Positions 60,889-64,000 of a stretch of DNA of 64,000 nt are shown in pieces. Positions within the stretch are counted from its first letter, which is position 1. The number at the start of each line of letters is the position of its first letter. A program made the position numbers and the translations under genes. The stretch is from Bacteroidota bacterium. Its GTDB lineage: Bacteria > Bacteroidota > Ignavibacteria > UBA10030 > UBA6906. The DNA lies in NCBI GenBank assembly GCA_036397975.1, contig DASWHW010000009.1:204-64203 (forward strand), written 5' to 3'. The notes beneath the pieces are model-generated. The model was not told the origin of the DNA. It saw only the letters and a list, made by a program, of their open reading frames with translations, and searched no databases.

Positions 60889-60908
60889 ATATTCGTGTAG
60901 ACGAATAT
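60889..60908. promoter_or_regulatory. candidate ArsR operator (inverted repeat) immediately upstream of arsR
   Basis: ATATTCG-TGTAGA-CGAATAT, a perfect 7-bp inverted repeat with a 6-bp spacer, 14 bp upstream of the arsR start codon. Confidence 0.4.
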
Positions 60909-60958
60909 AGTTCTTTAGACGGAGATACGCAAGGGGTGGAGGAAAGTTGCAGGAGGCT

Positions 60959-61639
60959 CTAATTTGATTTGTCGAACGAGAGGAAGGAATGCCAGCGGCG
61001 AAAGAGCTCGGCAGTTGCCCGGACGTCATTCATACAATATTCGGCAATAGTGCGAAATTTTCTCTGCTCAAAAAGGCTGCCGAGATCAAGGCCTGTTATC
61101 CCAGTACTTTTGGGACTCTTTATGCCAAAACTCTTGCAGAAGAAATCGAGATTGAATTTTCGGACGGCGCCGTAGAAGGTGAACTGTTCCAGGAGATCGC
61201 AATGCTCGCGGGATTCATACCGATACCCCATGAGGTTGCGGGTGGTTTTCACACCCAGGACCGCTGATCGGAGCATGAGAAAAGGACAATCGAATGAGCG
61301 TCCGTTGAATGTTATGAACTGTGGATAGTGGACGATGGATTTCCAGAATGCCATCAGTATCTCTTTTTCATCACAAGGAGTGAATTCAACATTTCCATCC
61401 TCAGACGGACCGCCGGCATCTCCAGGTCCCTGGTAGAGTACTTGCCCCTTGTTCGTATCGGGATTGAGCATGCCAATGGCGAGGACACGTGCTGTCAAAG
61501 GAGTAAGGTTCAGACGAAGAAGAGCCTCTTTTCTTTCCTCTTCGGTCTTCGCGAATTTCAACAAGTACTCTTGCTGTTCCCCGTCGAAGGTATCCAACGG
61601 ATAGGCGAGCGTTTCGATATCGAACACGATACGGTTCAT
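60959..61639 (-). CDS. predicted RNase H-like 3'-5' exonuclease (PolB-exonuclease-like / DnaQ superfamily)
   Basis: 226 aa. VFDIETLA (Exo I, DxE). ...FNGRSFDCPFL (Exo II-like). YCMNDVRAT (Exo III YxxxD). Confidence 0.55.
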   Translation of the reverse strand: MNRIVFDIETLAYPLDTFDGEQQEYLLKFAKTEEERKEALLRLNLTPLTARVLAIGMLNPDTNKGQVLYQGPGDAGGPSEDGNVEFTPCDEKEILMAFWKSIVHYPQFITFNGRSFDCPFLMLRSAVLGVKTTRNLMGYRYESREHCDLLEQFTFYGAVRKFNLDFFCKSFGIKSPKSTGITGLDLGSLFEQRKFRTIAEYCMNDVRATAELFRRWHSFLSFDKSN

Positions 61640-61673
61640 GATTCATTCCCTCCCATACACACGTGAGAAAATC

Positions 61674-62327
61674 CTATTCGTCGGATGACGCGCTGAAGTG
61701 CTTGGCCACTACCTCTTTGACGACACTATACGGGAAACCCTTCCGGAGAAGGGCAGCGACAAGACGCGATTTTGCTTTGTCCGGATCGCCTCTTTTCCCC
61801 ACACGGCGCATGATTTTTTCTGCGGCGACGTCTGCTGCACTCAATTGATCTTCCGGCCCACATTCTTCGTTAAGAGCCTCCTCAACCATAGTGGGTTCGA
61901 TCCCGAGGAGGAGAAGCTTTCGCCTGAGAAGAATTCTTCCGATTGGTCTCAGAGTTAATGCGTTGCGAATATATGCGCGCGCGAACTCGCGGTCATTAAC
62001 CATCCCGCTCGTGCGTAAGTTCGATAGAACCTGATCAATGTTTTCATCAGAGAATTCCTTGGTGCGGAGGTAGTTTCTGATTTCTTTTTCAGATCGGGGG
62101 CGGTATGAAAGGAGGCGGAGAGCTGATTGTTTTGCTTGGAACAACGTTTCGTCGGCCGTGAGTGAATCCAGACTCTCTCTGGATATCTGATCACCCGGCC
62201 GGAGCTTGGCCTGCAAAAGCGTTTCCTCCGATACGCCGGCAGCGAACTGGTCGTCAACGAAAATACTGACCCTGTTCCGGAGTTTCTTCTGTCTTTCTAT
62301 TTTTGTAATCCTCATCTCATCGGCCAT
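61674..62327 (-). CDS. recX: regulatory protein RecX
   Basis: Three-helix repeat architecture. ...RNYLRTKEFSDENIDQVLSNLRTSGMVNDREFARAYIRN...LLRKGF. The start is taken at MADEMRI. Confidence 0.65.
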   Translation of the reverse strand: MADEMRITKIERQKKLRNRVSIFVDDQFAAGVSEETLLQAKLRPGDQISRESLDSLTADETLFQAKQSALRLLSYRPRSEKEIRNYLRTKEFSDENIDQVLSNLRTSGMVNDREFARAYIRNALTLRPIGRILLRRKLLLLGIEPTMVEEALNEECGPEDQLSAADVAAEKIMRRVGKRGDPDKAKSRLVAALLRKGFPYSVVKEVVAKHFSASSDE

Positions 62328-62329
62328 AG

Positions 62330-63586
62330 TTATGATGTTTCTGTCTGGCCACTCTTCAACAGGCGGATTACGAGGAGAGCGAGAACGAGGAAAACGCCAA
62401 TAAAGACTCCCCACAAAAGGGCAGGGTACCGATCGCTCCATGGCCTTTCATCGCGGGGTGCATATTCAGGGTTTACCTCCAACTGGCCTGGAGACACCTT
62501 AGGAGCACTATCCAGGTCAACGTACCGCAGTGTCCGAGCAAGGTCATAGGAGGGGGCCATTGATCCAGGATTAGCAATGAGAAACCACTGCGGATTTTTA
62601 TAGGGACGAAAGACGATCGTGTATTGAAGTGACGTTGCCTGAGCGTTGGTAATCGGAACTGGCTGATCGTCACCATCCAAAAATATGATCTTGAGATAAC
62701 GTGCAGGCGTGGGCGGAAAAGCTATGCTAAGCTTTTCGTTGTTGAATGACGCAGTCCTATAGCGGAATACCACATCTGTTCCAACCCGGTGTAACGTGGC
62801 AGAGTCATTTCCTGCCAGGATGTAGACGGTGCGGTAGAAGTTCTCTAGACTCGTCTCAAGGTCAACCTGGAGCAACGGAATGTTTTTGTTTTCAGCATCG
62901 ATCAAGAGGAAACTCTGCTTGCGCGGACCGTCTTTCACTCGATTTATTGTTTGCGTATTGATCTTCCGAGTCGTGCGGGTGGGATACGTTTCCGACGAAG
63001 AGATGACGTCGCGGACAATCATCGGTGGCGCTCCCTCATTAAGGATCACGATCTTGAGATATCGAAAGATCGCTGCTGGATATCGGACGGTTGTCTGTGC
63101 TATCGAGTCATCACGGGAACTGAAGTCGAATATAGCGCCATCATTCCGCAATAGATTCCAGGTGCGCGCATCGTCGCCACCATAGATGTCAACGCGCCTA
63201 CGGTAATTGTGCCCATCGAGAACCAAGCGAACCTGATTGTGGGAATTACCCCGTTCTGCAAGGTCAAGAACGACAGTGGAATTACCTCGTGGATCGACAG
63301 AATTGTTGAGCACCTTTCCGACGCGTTTTTCGCTCGTCCTCCATTCTTCACCCCGAAGAATCACGAAGGGAACCTCCCTTCCCTCAGTGTTGACGATACG
63401 GAGATCAGAGAGCGTGGGGGTAGACCGATCATGCAACTCGTCGTCGACGAGGACGCGCACCAAACCTTGTTCGTTCTGCGTTGATATCTTCTTGCGGAAT
63501 TGCCATTGAGAGTAATCCGATTGTCCGAAGACGGTCCAGGAGAGAACAATAAGTGCCGTGCAACTAAGAAGCAGTCGCGCTTTCAT
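62330..63586 (-). CDS. DUF3999-like protein (signal peptide, large periplasmic domain, C-terminal TM anchor)
   Basis: Start at MKARLLLSC. C-terminal ALLWGVFIGVFLVLALLVIRLL is a TM helix. It follows a DUF2339-like membrane protein, which is the usual DUF2339/DUF3999 pairing. Confidence 0.4.
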   Translation of the reverse strand: MKARLLLSCTALIVLSWTVFGQSDYSQWQFRKKISTQNEQGLVRVLVDDELHDRSTPTLSDLRIVNTEGREVPFVILRGEEWRTSEKRVGKVLNNSVDPRGNSTVVLDLAERGNSHNQVRLVLDGHNYRRRVDIYGGDDARTWNLLRNDGAIFDFSSRDDSIAQTTVRYPAAIFRYLKIVILNEGAPPMIVRDVISSSETYPTRTTRKINTQTINRVKDGPRKQSFLLIDAENKNIPLLQVDLETSLENFYRTVYILAGNDSATLHRVGTDVVFRYRTASFNNEKLSIAFPPTPARYLKIIFLDGDDQPVPITNAQATSLQYTIVFRPYKNPQWFLIANPGSMAPSYDLARTLRYVDLDSAPKVSPGQLEVNPEYAPRDERPWSDRYPALLWGVFIGVFLVLALLVIRLLKSGQTETS

Positions 63587-64000
63587 CAAAGATTCCCTTG
63601 TACTTTTGGTAGAGATAGGAAACGATGAATAGAACCACACCAAGTCCGAGGAGGGATGCGATTCTGAAAAAACCATCCAGGTAGACGAAGGAATCCCACG
63701 CAACCTTGATGATTGTGCAGCCGAATATAACCATCGCAAGAATACGAATCGGTGTATTCTTGCGGTAAAAGCCGATCGAGATGAGAGCCATTGAGTACAA
63801 CGCCCAAAGACCCGAGAGAATGAACCTGCTTTCATCGCCGAAATACTCTATGGGTGGGAGTGTCCCTGCGAGCTCCGGATTCTGTTCATAGAGTCTCACT
63901 GCTTCCGATTGCTGATTTGAATACGAGGTTGAGAAGGAATGGTCAACGTCCACACTAAGGAGGATGAGAAGCCCGATGGCCGCTGCAACAGACAGGATTC
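63564..64000 (-). CDS. multi-pass membrane protein, C-terminal part (DUF2339-like); gene continues beyond the window end
   Basis: Hydrophobic helices (LWALYSMALISIGFY, ILAMVIFGCTIIKV, LLGLGVVLFIVSYLY). The open frame runs off the right edge. Confidence 0.45.
   Translation of the reverse strand, partial: ILSVAAAIGLLILLSVDVDHSFSTSYSNQQSEAVRLYEQNPELAGTLPPIEYFGDESRFILSGLWALYSMALISIGFYRKNTPIRILAMVIFGCTIIKVAWDSFVYLDGFFRIASLLGLGVVLFIVSYLYQKYKGIFDESATAS

Noticed and set aside
1-64000. CRISPR arrays, IS elements, integrases and phage genes
   Set aside because: I saw no direct-repeat/spacer arrays, transposase or integrase-like ORFs, or terminal inverted repeats. The window looks like core chromosome with embedded accessory operons rather than a mobile island.

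Overview
The window is a gene-dense stretch of bacterial chromosome (about 50% GC) with 65 protein-coding genes across both strands. I found no rRNA, tRNA, CRISPR array or obvious mobile element. The gene content points to the Fibrobacteres-Chlorobi-Bacteroidetes group, most likely an Ignavibacteria/Chlorobi/Kapabacteria-like organism: a very large M14 carboxypeptidase carrying a type IX secretion C-terminal sorting domain, an rpsF-rpsR-rplI operon without ssb, a Bacteroidetes-type glmM, a bacilliredoxin, sigma-54 (rpoN), and TCA/reverse-TCA enzymes (aconitase, NADP-isocitrate dehydrogenase, 2-oxoglutarate:ferredoxin oxidoreductase korAB). Recognised housekeeping genes include alaS (partial), clpS, hslVU, dprA, glyQS, rpmE, rsmB, kbl-like, mrp/apbC, nifU-like, ftsE, pdxA, pepA, nrnA, the prs-rplY-pth operon, bioY and recX. 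The accessory and more interesting content is: (i) an arsenic operon arsR-arsM-arsN/arsC (GNAT fused to arsenate reductase) with no efflux pump, preceded by a palindromic operator candidate; (ii) an orphan EutN/CcmL/PduN-type microcompartment vertex gene sitting in a housekeeping operon between glmM and dprA; (iii) an aconitase with a roughly 60-residue histone-H1-like Lys/Ala-rich C-terminal tail; (iv) an AMMECR1 plus Memo-like pair (the AmmeMemoRadiSam A and B proteins) with no radical-SAM partner; (v) two uncharacterised envelope modules. The first module is DUF3467, a 686-aa lipoprotein and a FadL/PorV-like outer-membrane barrel. The second is an FN3 lipoprotein, two translationally coupled paralogous small secreted proteins, a CPBP intramembrane protease, a TPR protein, a ZIP transporter and a Kef transporter. 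Module (v) is my best candidate for a previously undescribed system. Several rho-independent terminators and a few promoter or operator candidates are listed at low confidence.
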